64,000 bases of DNA from assembly GCF_001194135.2 (NCBI RefSeq), contig NC_068984.1, positions 102,212,926 to 102,276,925 of the forward strand, read 5' to 3'. Origin of the DNA: Octopus bimaculoides (lineage: Eukaryota). The notes under the pieces were generated by a model that did not search any database, had not been told where the DNA came from, and saw only the letters and a list, made by a program, of their open reading frames with translations. The position numbers and the translations under genes are program-made. This document shows positions 1 to 12,855 of this stretch, piece after piece; the first letter of the stretch is position 1, and each line of letters starts with the position of its first letter.

Positions 1-404
1 ACGATTATCTACATGGATTACCATTGAACTTTAAAAACTCAAAGACGATATAATGTATTGGTATATTTATTTTTTTATATATTTTTGTAAAAAACATTAT
101 TTTCTTTTCCCCTCTTCTTGAAAATTTGCCATGCAATGAAAGCCAGTTAGAAATCCTTTTTAATCCTCCTTATGCACATCTGTATTAAAATATGCTTTCA
201 GTTTAGCATTCTGCCATATTATTATTATTTTTTATTTTCATATATATATATATATATATATAAATATATATATGTACTTAGATACTTAAAGAAGTTTTGG
301 CTAGAATTGGCTCAAGCTACGACAAACTTAATAACACCATCTAGAAAAATCATTTTAATGATGTTTCATATTACAGTCATCTTTTGGGTACCAAAACCCA
401 TTCA

Positions 405-835
405 AGTAAAGAGTTATTGTTTGCAGTGATATCTATAGGTGTAGGTGGTTTATCTGAAATTTGTTAGAGATATTCATCCAGGAAGTATTTGAATGTTATG
501 AGGTCTTTTTCTTCTCTTATGTGTCTTGGCATGATATCAAATAGAGTCAGGCCAGTTGAGATGAACTAGTTCTGTCTTAGTGTTGTGATGTGAGGCAAAC
601 AAGATTTCTGTAGAGGACAGATGGCATGAATGAACTTTAAATTGATGCCAACATCATTTGTGCAATGCTGTTAGAATATTTTCTACATCATACAAAAGAT
701 ATAGCACCCATGGTGACATTGGAAAGAATAAAATTTGAGTTTCCCAAGACCATCCTAATAATTAAGACCTGTCATGTCATCTATTTTTTGTGATCAATCT
801 CTGAGGTGCTTCAATTTAAAAAATATTTTGTGTCA
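405..835 (-). mobile_element. CR1-clade LINE 3' coding remnant
   Basis: Minus translation gives PQRLITKKIDDMTGLNY*DGLGKLKFYS...GLTLFDIMPRHIRE...FKYFLDEYL*QISDKP...NSL, the typical CR1 C-terminus, with stops. Confidence 0.7.
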
Positions 836-1294
836 TGTAAGGAGACAGCAGCAGACAACAATATGCAAGAAGAGTATGGGTAAAGGTGAAGAAGAAGAAA
901 ATATAGTAGGAGCATCTGTAGACTGTGGGCCATGTCAGCTTGTTGTTTATGAGGGCATTCCAGCTTAAGTTGTTGTCAACAGTTACTCTGAGGTCCCTGG
1001 TGGTGTTTGAGGCCAGATGGTTTCTATTCAAGAGAAGAGTATATGGTAGCTTAAGTGCAGCCTCTTTAATTCAGAATTATACTTGTTTAGCTGCAGATTG
1101 TGTTTCTCCACCCACTGGATAACAACAAGCAAATCCAACTGGAGATATTAGTCCAGTTTCCTGCCCCATTGCATGCATGTATGTATGTATATATGTATAT
1201 TTATTTGCTTGTTCATATCCAATCAAAAAATAGCCTTCTAATTGATGATAGATCCACCTCTCTTGTGGATTCCAAGACTTTAGGGCTGCAACTA

Positions 1295-2110
1295 TAAATG
1301 AGGGCATGATGAAAGGTAGGTCTGGTGAGACTGAAAAACTACTGGAGTGAAAATGAATAGATGTTTGTCGTGTGCAAGAAGTATGATAGGAAGGATCCTC
1401 AACCAAACTCTTCACAGTCAAAGACAGATATACAAATTCATCTAGGGGAGTAACAGTGATGGAAGGGGTGGAGTAGGCATATTGTTAGTTGAGAAATGGA
1501 TAGAAAAAGTAATTGAGGTTGTGAGGGTATGTGATAACATTATCAAGATGAGAGTAGTTATAAGCACCTAAAAAGTGATAGCTATCATGGTGCATGCCCC
1601 ATAGGCAGGACTAATGGAAGTACAGAAGGACTGCTACTATGAGACCCCATTGCAGGCTATTTCGATGATGACTGATGGCAACTTTATAATCGTGGCTGGT
1701 GAGTTCAACAGTCATGGTGGCCAACATGCCAATGGCTTCCTCAACATATATGAGAGAGAAATGAAGCGTAGAGCTCCTGGAGTCTAGTGATGCAATGGAT
1801 CTAACAATTTGTAACACTGTAAGCCAGCCAAATATCTTGTCACCTACAAATCTGGTGTACACACAAATCAGATAGATTACACTCACATCAAGAAAGGAAT
1901 TAGAGCTAGGAAAACACAGAAACATGTGAAGACATGAAGAAGGAAGATATGAAAACTGAAAGATCCCACAATCGGGAACAGATTTAGAGAAGTTCTAACT
2001 GATGTATACGACTGCAGAGAGGTAGATTTAGATACTTGTAATGTGGATGAAAACTGGGAATTTCTATGTAATAACTTGCTCAAGGATACTGAACAGACAT
2101 GTGGCTGGAG
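1295..2110 (+). mobile_element. RTE-clade LINE, AP-endonuclease region, decayed
   Basis: MKGRSGETEKLLE*K*IDVCRVQEV, GVGILLVEKWIEKVIEV, HAP*AG and ivaGEFNSHG motifs with stops and frameshifts. Confidence 0.8.
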
Positions 2111-2183
2111 CAAAGTCCCAACCAAGCTATATACATCTATACATATATATGTATGTGTGTATATATATATATATATGTATGTG

Positions 2184-2565
2184 TGGAGCCGCAATGGCCC
2201 AGTGGTTTGGGCAGTGGACTTGTGGTCATAGCATCGCGGTTTCGATTCCCAGACCGGGCCTTGTGAGTGTTTATTGAGTGAAAACACCTAAAGTTCCACG
2301 AGGCTCCCTCAGGAGATGGTGGCGAACCCTGCTGTACTCTTTCACCACAACTTTCTCTCACTTTTACTTCCTGTTTCTGTTGTGCCTGTAATTCAAAGGG
2401 TCAGCCTTGTCACGCTGAATATCCCCGAGAACTATGTTAAGGGTACACGTGTCTGTGGAGTGCTCAGCCACTTGCACTTTAATTTCACAAGCAGGCTGTT
2501 CCATTGATCGGATTAACTGGAACCCTCGATGTCGTAAGCGATGGAGTGCCAACAACAACAACAAC
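2184..2565 (+). mobile_element. tRNA-derived SINE family A, near full length, (ACA)n tail
   Basis: A/B-box-like head tggcccagtgg...ggtttcgattccc; homologous copies at 22726-22901, 23233-23553 and 33976-34300. Confidence 0.85.
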
Positions 2566-3457
2566 ATGTATGTATGTGTGCACACATACATATATACACA
2601 TATATGTAAAATTAAACAGAAACCATTCAACTTATTTTAAAGTTGAAAAAACAAATGTAAAAATGCCTTCAATGTTTTAGTTGTTTTTTATCAGAAATGT
2701 GAAATTCAATGCAAATTATTTTGTTTTTCCATTTTAACAATGAAATATTTTTAAACATAACAAAACAAAGAAACAAATAGATCTTGATGAAGTAAGTAAT
2801 TAATAGTCCAAAACTTAATCATTTTCGAACATTAGCTTCATTATTTTGTAACTTTTCTTCTTCTTCTCTTCTTGTGAAGACTGTTACTGCCTTTCTTCTT
2901 CCTTACATTTGACATTTAATATTTCTAACTCAATACTACCATATTGTTTTCATTTCACATTTTTTACCACATCAATTACAATAAGTCTTATTTCACAATG
3001 CTTCATTGTTCGTTAAGAAAAAAATATACAGAAAACAAATTAATATTGCATTAGAAACAATTAAATTCAATGATTTGGTTGTTTTTCCCCTCATAAATAA
3101 TTTGTATTATTTTTAATCAATAACTCTTAACAGAAATAACAATACACTTACCCAACATTTTCCCAGTTTTATATACAATGTTGCTTTATATTATCGATGT
3201 GTTTATGGTGCATTATATTACATCATAATCGTCATTTTAAAGTTTACTTTTCCATGCTTGCATGGGTTGGATGGAGTATATTTGAGGCAGATTTTCTACA
3301 GCTGAATGCCTTTCCTGTTACTAACCCCCACCTACAAGGTAATATTTCCCCATAGCCAGACATATTCTCACAGAATATTGGCAATGGATGACACTGCTTC
3401 TATGACAGAGAGATACTCATTTACAACTATCACCTGATATCAAGACAAAAAGAACAA

Positions 3458-3493
<36 letters not shown>

Positions 3494-4564
3494 TATATAC
3501 TGGGCTTCGTTCAGTTTCTGTCAACAAAATTCACTCACAAGAATTTTGTCAGCCCAAAGCTATAGCAGAAGACACTTGCCCAAGGCACTACACAGTGGAG
3601 CTGAACACAGAACTGTGTGGTTGGGACGCAAACTTCTTACCACACAGCCACAACTGTGCCTACATATATTAACTATGTTGCACTAAGGTGATGAACTGCA
3701 CTTTGTAAGTTCAAACCCCAGCCAGATATTATACTGGAGTTGTTTTAATTCAAATCTAACATTTTAAAAATCATGCAGAAATTTTCAGTATGCAGTTTTG
3801 TTATAACCTGATGACATTTCTATGCATTCCACACAAAATATCTGATGAATTCTTATTCCTCTTCATTATAAACTGTTACATTTCTTTGTCAACATTTGAT
3901 TTCCAAAACTTCCATTCAACAACACCACACATTCTGGATTATTTCACTATTTTAAAATTTAAAAAAAAAAAAGGCACAGACAAAAAAAACAATCTATTGC
4001 CTTTAAGCTATATTCTAAATATAATTTATAAGACATTCAATATGTGCTATGCGTACACTGAAAAAACAACAAAATTACTTGATATATTTGTAATAGAAAA
4101 AATTCAGAAACAATGGCTTAGAACACTAAGCTAATATATCATTTAATAATGAAATCGCTCAGAACTATGGCTTCACAAAACTGTATTATACAAGGATATA
4201 CTTCCTCTGCCATAGCACACAGTTTTCAACATTTACATGTAAGATATTGTGTGTACTTAACACACAATAAACAGCTAATGTCTTGTCTTAACAACACTGC
4301 AATCAGATTCTCATATACCTAAAGATCAAATCCAATTACACACACACATTATATTACTAATTACATACGTATGTATGTACGTAAATACATACGTACATAC
4401 ATAAACACACACTCATACATACATACATACATACATACATAGTCAATGCTATTCTTGTTAAAGAATAATAAATATGTACTCTACAAGAGTATGGAGTAAT
4501 CCTTCAACTTAATATAAAACTGTTTTTATCGTAACTGGACAGAAAAACAAACATTGGTATATAT

Positions 4565-5610
4565 ATATATACAAGGAAGGTGTCAGTAAGGTGAAAGTTG
4601 GCAATGTCTATAGAATGAATTTAGTGTACAAGTAGGAGTTCACCAAAGATCAATTCTCAGCCCCCTCTTGTTCATCACAGTCCTCCAGGCCATAACTGGA
4701 ATTTAAAACAGGCTGTTCTTGGGGGTTCCTTTACACTGATGACATTGTTGTTATAGCTGAATCACCACCTGAACTAGAGAAAAAATTTCAGGTGTTGAAG
4801 CAAGGTCTGGTCTGGAATCTAAGGGCCTTTGAGTCAATTTAAACCAAAGTCCTAGTAGTAGAAAAATGGACAACTCTCAAATCCCTTCAGGGAGATGACC
4901 CTGATCAATATGTAGGAAAGGTGTTAGTAGAAACTCCAGCAAAAGCTATGGATACATAAGAAGTGCAGTGGTATCACATGAAAGTTAACAGCAAAAGTAG
5001 TCTGTGCATGGCAGATGTGCAGGTATAATAAACACTAACAATGTACACAGTATAGACTTCCTCAAATTCCCAAGATGATCCTTAGATGTAGTAGATAGCT
5101 TCCATTACCTAGGCAACCAAGTTAGCAGTGGAGAAGGAAGTTCTGAATTACTAGAATAAGAACAGGCTGGGCAAAGTTGAGAGAGCTGCTACCTTTGTAG
5201 GTAACAAAGGGCCTCTCCCTAATAGTGAAAGGTAAATTGTATGATGCTTGAGTACATACAGCTATATTCCATGGCTGTGAAACATGGGCTATGAATAAAG
5301 AGAACATGTAAAGGTTTGAAAGAAGTGAAGCCAGCATCCTCTGCTGGATGGATAATGTCAGTGTGCATGTATGGCAGAATAAATAATTTAAGAGAAAAAC
5401 TAGCATCAGTTGTAGTGTGCAAGAGAGAAGACTGTGCTGGTATGGTCATGAGATGCATGTGGATGAGGGCAGCTGCAGAAAAAAGTACCAATCTCTAATT
5501 TTGGAGGGAACCTGTTAAAGGAGTAGACCTAGGAAGACATGGGATGAAGTAGTAGGAAAGGATGTTCAGATGTTGCGCCACACAGAGGTGATGACTGGGA
5601 ACTGAGACTT
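4565..5610 (+). mobile_element. RTE-clade LINE, RT to 3' end, decayed
   Basis: GVHQRSILSPLLFITVLQ, FLYTDDIVVIAES and terminal GRPRKTWDEVVGKDV motifs. Confidence 0.85.
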
Positions 5611-5689
5611 CTGTTAGTTTGCTGTGCTTGAGAAAACACATCAAGCTAAGTAAAACTGTGACTGTCTATACATACAGGTATGTCCTCTT

Positions 5690-5990
5690 ATGTCCCTCTC
5701 TCAGATGAGAGGTACTTCTCTTGAGGGCTCATAGGTGCTGATGTCACATAAAAAAGACTCTTGCTGGTGCCATGTAAAAGCACCTGTGCTGGTGCCACAT
5801 AAAGCGCCCATGCTGGTGCCATGTATAAAACACCTACTACACTCTGTGAAGTAGTTGGCATTAGGAAGGACATCCTGCTATAGAAACGATGCCAAGTAGG
5901 AACCTGGGTAGCTCCCCAGCTGTCCAGTTCCTGTCAAACTGTCTTACCATACCAGTATGGAAAGCAGATGTTAAATGATGATGATGGTGA
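5690..5990 (+). mobile_element. Short retroposon family D with (GAT)n tail
   Basis: gcacc..tgctggtgccac repeats, ggcattaggaagggcatcc, ...gttaaatgatgatg tail. Copies near 13630, 18390, 22370, 33270, 47025, 47570, 48140, 57120 and 62775. Confidence 0.8.
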
Positions 5991-5996
5991 TGAAAT

Positions 5997-6031
<35 letters not shown>

Positions 6032-6390
6032 GCACACACACATTACAATACTAATTACATTAAAATCTGATTATACCAAATCAGACTAGAGTCTCGTACA
6101 GCCTTTCAGCTTGCCAGCCCTGGTTAAACCATCCAACCCATGCCAGTATGGACAATGGATGTTAAATGACGAGAATGATGATGATATGGTTCAAAAATAC
6201 ACACCAAAAAGACACAAATATAAGGTGAAAGAACAACAAACAAGGTGTCTTAGTTTAATGCTCACGAAAAATGTGAGATGTGTTTAACATTTTGAGCCTA
6301 TGCTCCTCTACAGAAAGAATAGATGAAGAAAGGAAACAGATGGAAAGAAAAGAATGAAGAGAAAAAAAACATATCTGCATATATATATAA

Positions 6391-6422
<32 letters not shown>

Positions 6423-6427
6423 TACAG

Positions 6428-7117
6428 NNNNNNNNNNNNNNNNNNNNNNNNNNNNNNNNNNNNNNNNNNNNNNNNNNNNNNNNNNNNNNNNNNNNNNNNN
6501 NNNNNNNNNNNNNNNNNNNNNNNNNNNNNNNNNNNNNNNNNNNNNNNNNNNNNNNNNNNNNNNNNNNNNNNNNNNNNNNNNNNNNNNNNNNNNNNNNNNN
6601 NNNNNNNNNNNNNNNNNNNNNNNNNNNNNNNNNNNNNNNNNNNNNNNNNNNNNNNNNNNNNNNNNNNNNNNNNNNNNNNNNNNNNNNNNNNNNNNNNNNN
6701 NNNNNNNNNNNNNNNNNNNNNNNNNNNNNNNNNNNNNNNNNNNNNNNNNNNNNNNNNNNNNNNNNNNNNNNNNNNNNNNNNNNNNNNNNNNNNNNNNNNN
6801 NNNNNNNNNNNNNNNNNNNNNNNNNNNNNNNNNNNNNNNNNNNNNNNNNNNNNNNNNNNNNNNNNNNNNNNNNNNNNNNNNNNNNNNNNNNNNNNNNNNN
6901 NNNNNNNNNNNNNNNNNNNNNNNNNNNNNNNNNNNNNNNNNNNNNNNNNNNNNNNNNNNNNNNNNNNNNNNNNNNNNNNNNNNNNNNNNNNNNNNNNNNN
7001 NNNNNNNNNNNNNNNNNNNNNNNNNNNNNNNNNNNNNNNNNNNNNNNNNNNNNNNNNNNNNNNNNNNNNNNNNNNNNNNNNNNNNNNNNNNNNNNNNNNN
7101 NNNNNNNNNNNNNNNNN
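6428..7117. other. Assembly gap (other gaps: 8342-8714, 24051-24671, 28381-28701, 33841-33975, 50556-50908, 52638-52647)
   Basis: Runs of N, nearly all bordered by dinucleotide repeats. Confidence 1.
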
Positions 7118-7174
<57 letters not shown>

Positions 7175-7179
7175 AAACA

Positions 7180-7440
7180 AAGATTCTAATATACAAATAT
7201 AAACACAGACATCTAATATATACACATGTATAAACACAGATATCTACTATATATACAGATATAAACAGACATCTAATATATACACATATATAGAGATGTT
7301 GACTATTCATACAGATATAAACATAGACATCTAATATACACACGTCTAAACACAGACGTTTACTATGTTTACAGATATAAACAAAGACATCTAATATATG
7401 CACATAGATAAACACAGACAACTAATACATACACACATAA
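7180..7440. repeat. ~30-bp minisatellite
   Basis: About 8 units of aaacacagacatctaatatatacacatgtat. Confidence 0.85.
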
Positions 7441-7734
7441 ACTCACACACATAATACATACACATACAAACATACGTATCTAATACATATACACTATTAA
7501 CACACACCAAATATATACACACATATAAACATATATTAATATATACACGTACAATCACAGACATCTGATATATACCCATATATGTAGTTGTGTGGTTAAG
7601 AAGTTTATTTTCCAACCATATGGTTTTGGGTTCAGTCCCACTGTGTCACACCTTCAGCAATAGCGTTTCTGCAGCACCAGGCTGACCAAAGCCTTGTTAG
7701 TGGATTTAGTAGATGGAAACTGAAAGAAGCCTAT

Positions 7735-7767
<33 letters not shown>

Positions 7768-8714
7768 GTATCTCCTTGGCTTGACATGTTTTAATAGTTA
7801 TAAATAAGCATCACCACCATACAAGCAGTGTCTTTTATTTCCAATCTCCTGTGAAAATCTGTCTGGTCATGGGGAAATATAACTTTATTTTGGAGTTGGT
7901 GACAGAAAGGGGTATCCAGATATAGAAATCTACCTCAGCAATATCCATATGACCTATGCTAGCATGGAAAAATGGAAGTTAAAACAATGACGATATAAAA
8001 ACACACACACACACACCTAATATATACACAACGTTGGTAATAGAATAAGAACCAATACGTTCTCGGATGGATATCAATAATAGTGACATGTATCATTATA
8101 TTCCAATATTATCTTTTAGCTGTGGCCATGCTGGAGCACTGCCTTGAAGAGTGTTTTTATAGTTGAATCAATTGAGCCCAGTACTTAATTGTTTTAAAGC
8201 TTGATACTTATTTTATTGGTCTCTTTTGTCAAACTGATAAGTTACGGGGACATAAACATACCAACACCACAGTTGTCAAGAGGTGGGGGAATGAACAAAC
8301 ACACATGTACACATATGCATATATATATATATATATATATANNNNNNNNNNNNNNNNNNNNNNNNNNNNNNNNNNNNNNNNNNNNNNNNNNNNNNNNNNN
8401 NNNNNNNNNNNNNNNNNNNNNNNNNNNNNNNNNNNNNNNNNNNNNNNNNNNNNNNNNNNNNNNNNNNNNNNNNNNNNNNNNNNNNNNNNNNNNNNNNNNN
8501 NNNNNNNNNNNNNNNNNNNNNNNNNNNNNNNNNNNNNNNNNNNNNNNNNNNNNNNNNNNNNNNNNNNNNNNNNNNNNNNNNNNNNNNNNNNNNNNNNNNN
8601 NNNNNNNNNNNNNNNNNNNNNNNNNNNNNNNNNNNNNNNNNNNNNNNNNNNNNNNNNNNNNNNNNNNNNNNNNNNNNNNNNNNNNNNNNNNNNNNNNNNN
8701 NNNNNNNNNNNNNN

Positions 8715-9890
8715 ACTGTGTGATTGACCGTTATGAAGACAAAAGAGCTATTAGAATGACCACTAAGTAAGGGGAGGCAGTAAAAATATTTATAGTAATC
8801 GCGTAAGCGTGCATGTCCATACATACACATACACGCCCGCACACCCACTTACATACACCTATATGTATATACTCATCCACCCTCACTTGAAACACACACA
8901 TGCTCACCTACACATTCGCCAAAAAAATATATACATACCCGCATACACGCTTGCACACACACACATGTCTATATATGCACATGCACAAGAAAAAACAGGG
9001 CTAAAGGCAAAATACAGAAAAATGTGTAAAAAAGTGTAAAAATAAGCAAAAAGAGTAAAACACGTCTATATACTCGCATGCACGCACACATACATCTATA
9101 TACGTTGGGCAAGAGTTTTCCTGACGTATACTTTGTCATTTACAAAGATGATGCCCTAGCTTTAATCGCAAATACCAATGGACCAGCACCGGATCGGTTT
9201 AGGAAGGACATTATCCATTTGATGAAAACCTTCGATCTTAGCATAACTACAGATACCAACCTGACAGTTGTCAATTTCCTAGATGTATCCTTAGATCTAA
9301 ATAAGAATATTTATAAACCTTATAGGAAGCCCAACGATAGACTTAGTTATATTAATGTGGGTTCCTGCTATCCCCCCATAGAGTTTTAAAATTTAGTTAA
9401 GAACATTAGTAAAAGAATTTCTAGCCTCTCCTCCATTTTTCTGTATTTTGCCTTTAGCCCTGTTTTTTCCTGTGCATGTGTGTATATAGATGTGTGTATG
9501 AACCGTTTTTGTGTGCGTGTGTGTGTGTGCGAGCGTGTATGCAGGTATGTATATTTTTTTTTGGCGAATGTGTGGGTGAGCATGTGTGTTTCAAGTGAGG
9601 GTGGATGAGTATATACATATAGGTGCATGTACGTGGGTGTGCGGGTGTGCATGTGTATGTATGGACATGCACACTTACGCGATTACTATGAATATTTTTA
9701 CTCCCTTACCATTACTTAGTGGTCATTCTAATAGTTCTTTTGTCTTAATAACGGTCAATCACACAGTAATTTCCCTTTGTTTAATGGTCATTTTCATAGC
9801 ATCTTTTTCGATGACCTGTTAACTGAAGAGATGCCGGCATGGGTTTCCACCCCAACATCCGAAACTTGGAGTTTTATCATGGCTACCGAA
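8715..9890 (+). mobile_element. Penelope-like element fragment: RT thumb piece flanked by inverted pseudo-LTR arms (8715-9024 / 9434-9767), followed by a hammerhead-like motif
   Basis: ORF 9078-9389 has YKDDALA...NLTVVNFLDVSLDL...YKPYRKPN...SCYPP, typical of PLE RT. The two arms are clear reverse complements. Confidence 0.85.
9814..9882 (+). ncRNA. Hammerhead-like motif in the PLE pseudo-LTR
   Basis: CTGAAGA GATG...CATC c GAAA CT-TGG-AG T T; stem I imperfect. Confidence 0.55.
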
Positions 9891-10323
9891 TAATTGTTAC
9901 ATATTATATTTACAAGATATATTATATATATATATCTATATATATATATACACTACAAGATTCTTTTAGTTTCTATGTATGAAATCCACTCACAAGGTTT
10001 TGGTTGGCCTGAAACTATAGTAAAAGACACTTGCCCAAGGTGCCATGCAGTGGAACTGAATCTGGTACCATGTGCTTGGGAAGCATACTTCTTACCACAC
10101 AGCCATGCCTGTGTCTACAGTGATATATGTATGTATGTGTGTGTGTATATATACTATAATGGAGAAAGCTACTTATTAATTAGATATGTAACAATTACTA
10201 AAAGAAAACAATATTAAAAGCTTGCCCATCTGGAAATATTTTTTATTAATTCATGTTCTAAGAAATTTCCTATAATTTTGATTTCTGAAGTTTATTGAAT
10301 TTTTTAAAACTCCAAATTCTCAC

Positions 10324-10786
10324 AAATTTAAATATTCATTGCATTCACTGCGTCCAATTCTTCATAAATTTAAATATTCATTGCATTCACTGTTAAGTAG
10401 ATTTTAATGTTTAATAATAAAGACTATTAATTAGTTGCAGACAACATTTTATGTTTTTATTTGCAACAGTCTCTCATTCTCGCTTGCCTCTATTTTCATT
10501 AATGATAATTTAATAATAGCTACATAACCTTGATATGAGACACAATTTCAAGAATATTATCAGTTTCCGGAGTTTGTTAAATGAATATTTTTGATAAAAT
10601 GAAAATTTTTTAATATACTGGTATAATTTTTAAGTGATTATGTGTTGAATGAATGCATGCTAGTACACAAAATAGCTGTATAATTTTGATACGAGACACA
10701 ATTTCAAGAATATTATCAGTTTCCGGAGTTTGTTAAATGAATATTTTTGATAAAATGAAAATTATTTTATATACCGGTATAATTTT
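10324..10786. repeat. Local direct duplications upstream of the Helitron helicase
   Basis: 27-bp copy at 10324-10350/10366-10392 and ~100-bp copy at 10531-10630/10687-10786. Confidence 0.85.
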
Positions 10787-11079
10787 CTCTTTTTAAATGA
10801 AGTGATTTTGTTGGTATGGCTACTCGAAATGCTATAAGCCTTACAATAACAACTATGTGATTGCTGCTATTTCTAGCATGCTAAACAAGATAGTTTTTAA
10901 CGAGCATTTATTTATATATAATATGTGACTGAAAAAGAAAATTTAGCAGCAAAAGCATAATGGCAGAGAGAAAGATGGGCAACTGAATCACATGTCTGAA
11001 TATGCATGGAGACATGGACATGATTCTGTTTCCATTACACATGACCGACTGGTTAGAGTATCTTGAGAGGAGAATATTC

Positions 11080-11970
11080 TACTTCAAAATAATGGTGTCA
11101 GATCACAAATTGTTGATGCAACACTAAAGAGATCTTTTCTTTGTGGCCATGTGGAAGTAGTGGAGTTGACAACCAATCTAAGATTTCTTACAGAAAGTGA
11201 TTCTGATGAAAGAATGTTTGCTAATTACCTTCTTAATGTAGGAAATGGTACATTTTTGTTGAACAAAGCCTAAATGAATTAAAAATCAGACTACCCAATG
11301 AACTTTGGCTTGAAAGTGGTACTCTTTCAGATCTATGTGATCTTATATATGCTGACCTCAAAAATAACTTCACAAACCCTGTGTGGCTTGCAAATACAAC
11401 TATTGTTACTCCAACAAATGAAGCAGCACAATTTGTGAATGATATTCTGTTGACCAGGATTCCTGGGGAGCTAAAAATATACAGAACCTAAGATACAGTT
11501 GATAATGAAACTCTGTACTCAATCGAGTTCATCAATAAACTTACACCATCAAGGTTTCCACCACACATTCTCAAACTGAAGAAGAAATGATGCATAATGC
11601 TTCAGAGAAATTTAGATGCTACTAATGGACATTGCAATGGTACACACTACATTATTGTCAGTTTACATGATCATGTTATTGAGGGTGAGGTTGTGTCTGG
11701 TCCTTATGCAGGATCAACTTTGCTAAGCCCAAGTATACCACATGTATCTCCATTTACATGCAAACTATTTCCTGTCAAGCTAGCTTTTGCCTTGACGTGC
11801 AACAAAGCACAGCAACAAATTGGAATGTATCTTCTGACATAGTTCTCACATGGTCAGCTGTATGTTGCATTATCTAGAGTTTGAAAGAAGGCTAATGTAA
11901 AAATATTGGTTGAGAGAAATGGAAACAGTTTGATTACTGACAATTGTGTCTACAAGGAGATACTACTTTA
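11080..11970 (+). mobile_element. Helitron PIF1-type helicase C-terminal remnant
   Basis: IVTPTNEAA, FPPHILKLKK, IMLQRNLD...CNGT, FPVKLAFALTCNKAQ, FSHGQLYVALSRV, TDNCVYKEIL, with stops and deletions. Confidence 0.92.
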
Positions 11971-12215
11971 AAGCAAAATATGCTTTTTTAGCAAGTTTCA
12001 GTAAATAGAATTAACACATAAATTATATGTATAGCAACATATATTTTTGTGGAAGTAAATTGTTTTGGCATATTTCAACACATGCCGAATGGAAAATAGA
12101 CATTAAGTGGTGATGATGATGATGATGATTAGCAACATATACACCAATATTAGTGGTACATATCAAAATATATTGGTATTAGTGATATATGTATCATGAT
12201 ATAGGTTTAACTTAC

Positions 12216-12335
12216 AGCTATTGTTGTTGGGATTTCCCGGAAATCATATTGATCCTTTTTTGGAAGCTTTTCTCCAGCCAACAGTTCAAAAGTAGGTACC
12301 GTGCAAAACAACAATGAAATTAGGTTACGCAGTTT
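12216..12335 (-). CDS. TBC1D32: TBC1D32 exon 9 (120 nt): KLRNLISLLFCTVPTFELLAGEKLPKKDQYDFREIPTTIA
   Basis: ctattttgcag|AAA...GCT|gtaagt; phase 0 to 0. Resembles recalled human [39 protein letters not shown]. Confidence 0.9.
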
Positions 12336-12399
12336 CTGCAAAATAGAAAAAAAAAGGCATATTAAATACCATAAAATGGAGTACCCTAACAAATGAATA

Positions 12400-12855
12400 C
12401 GGGTTTCAAATTTTAGCATAAGGCCAGCAATTTTTGAGGGGGCAATTAAGTTTATTACATTGACCCTAACACTCAACTGGTACTTATTTTATTCACCTTG
12501 GAAGGACGAAAAGCAAAGTCAACCTCGGAGGAATTTGAATTCTGAAAGTAAAAATGGATGAAATGCTGCTAAGCATTCTTCTCGGAGTGCCAACAATCCT
12601 GTCAGCTTGCTGCCTTTACCTTAACAAATAAATATTAGTTTCAAATGTTGGCACAAAGCTAGTAAGTTAGGGGGAGGGGTAAGTCAATTACATTGACCTC
12701 AATGCTCCACTGGTATTTATTTTATTGATCCCAAAAGGTTGAAAGGCAATGTCAACTTTGGCAGAATTTGAACTCAAAATGTAAAGACAGATGGAATGCT
12801 GCTAGAAATTTTGTTTGGTGTGCTAACAACTCTGCCAGTTCAACACCTTTACCCT
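12400..12855 (-). mobile_element. Tandem pair of SINE family C
   Basis: Two head-to-tail copies (ttcaaattttagcataaggccagcaa...aatttgaactc...ctgccag). Other copies at 14105-14315, 19685-19900, 59770-60200 and 63945-64000. Confidence 0.85.

Noticed and set aside
2184-2260. tRNA-like heads of SINEs as tRNA genes
   Set aside because: They do not fold into full cloverleaves and continue into shared SINE bodies.
7180-7440. Minisatellites as possible CRISPR arrays (also 28035, 48930, 61293)
   Set aside because: Contiguous degenerate units without unique spacers, in a eukaryotic intron.
6255-8848. Long ORFs of 140-388 aa in the ORF track (likewise at 23938-24852, 28295-28833, 33751-34121, 50533-50922)
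   Set aside because: Artefacts of N runs and (TA)n/(CA)n microsatellites.
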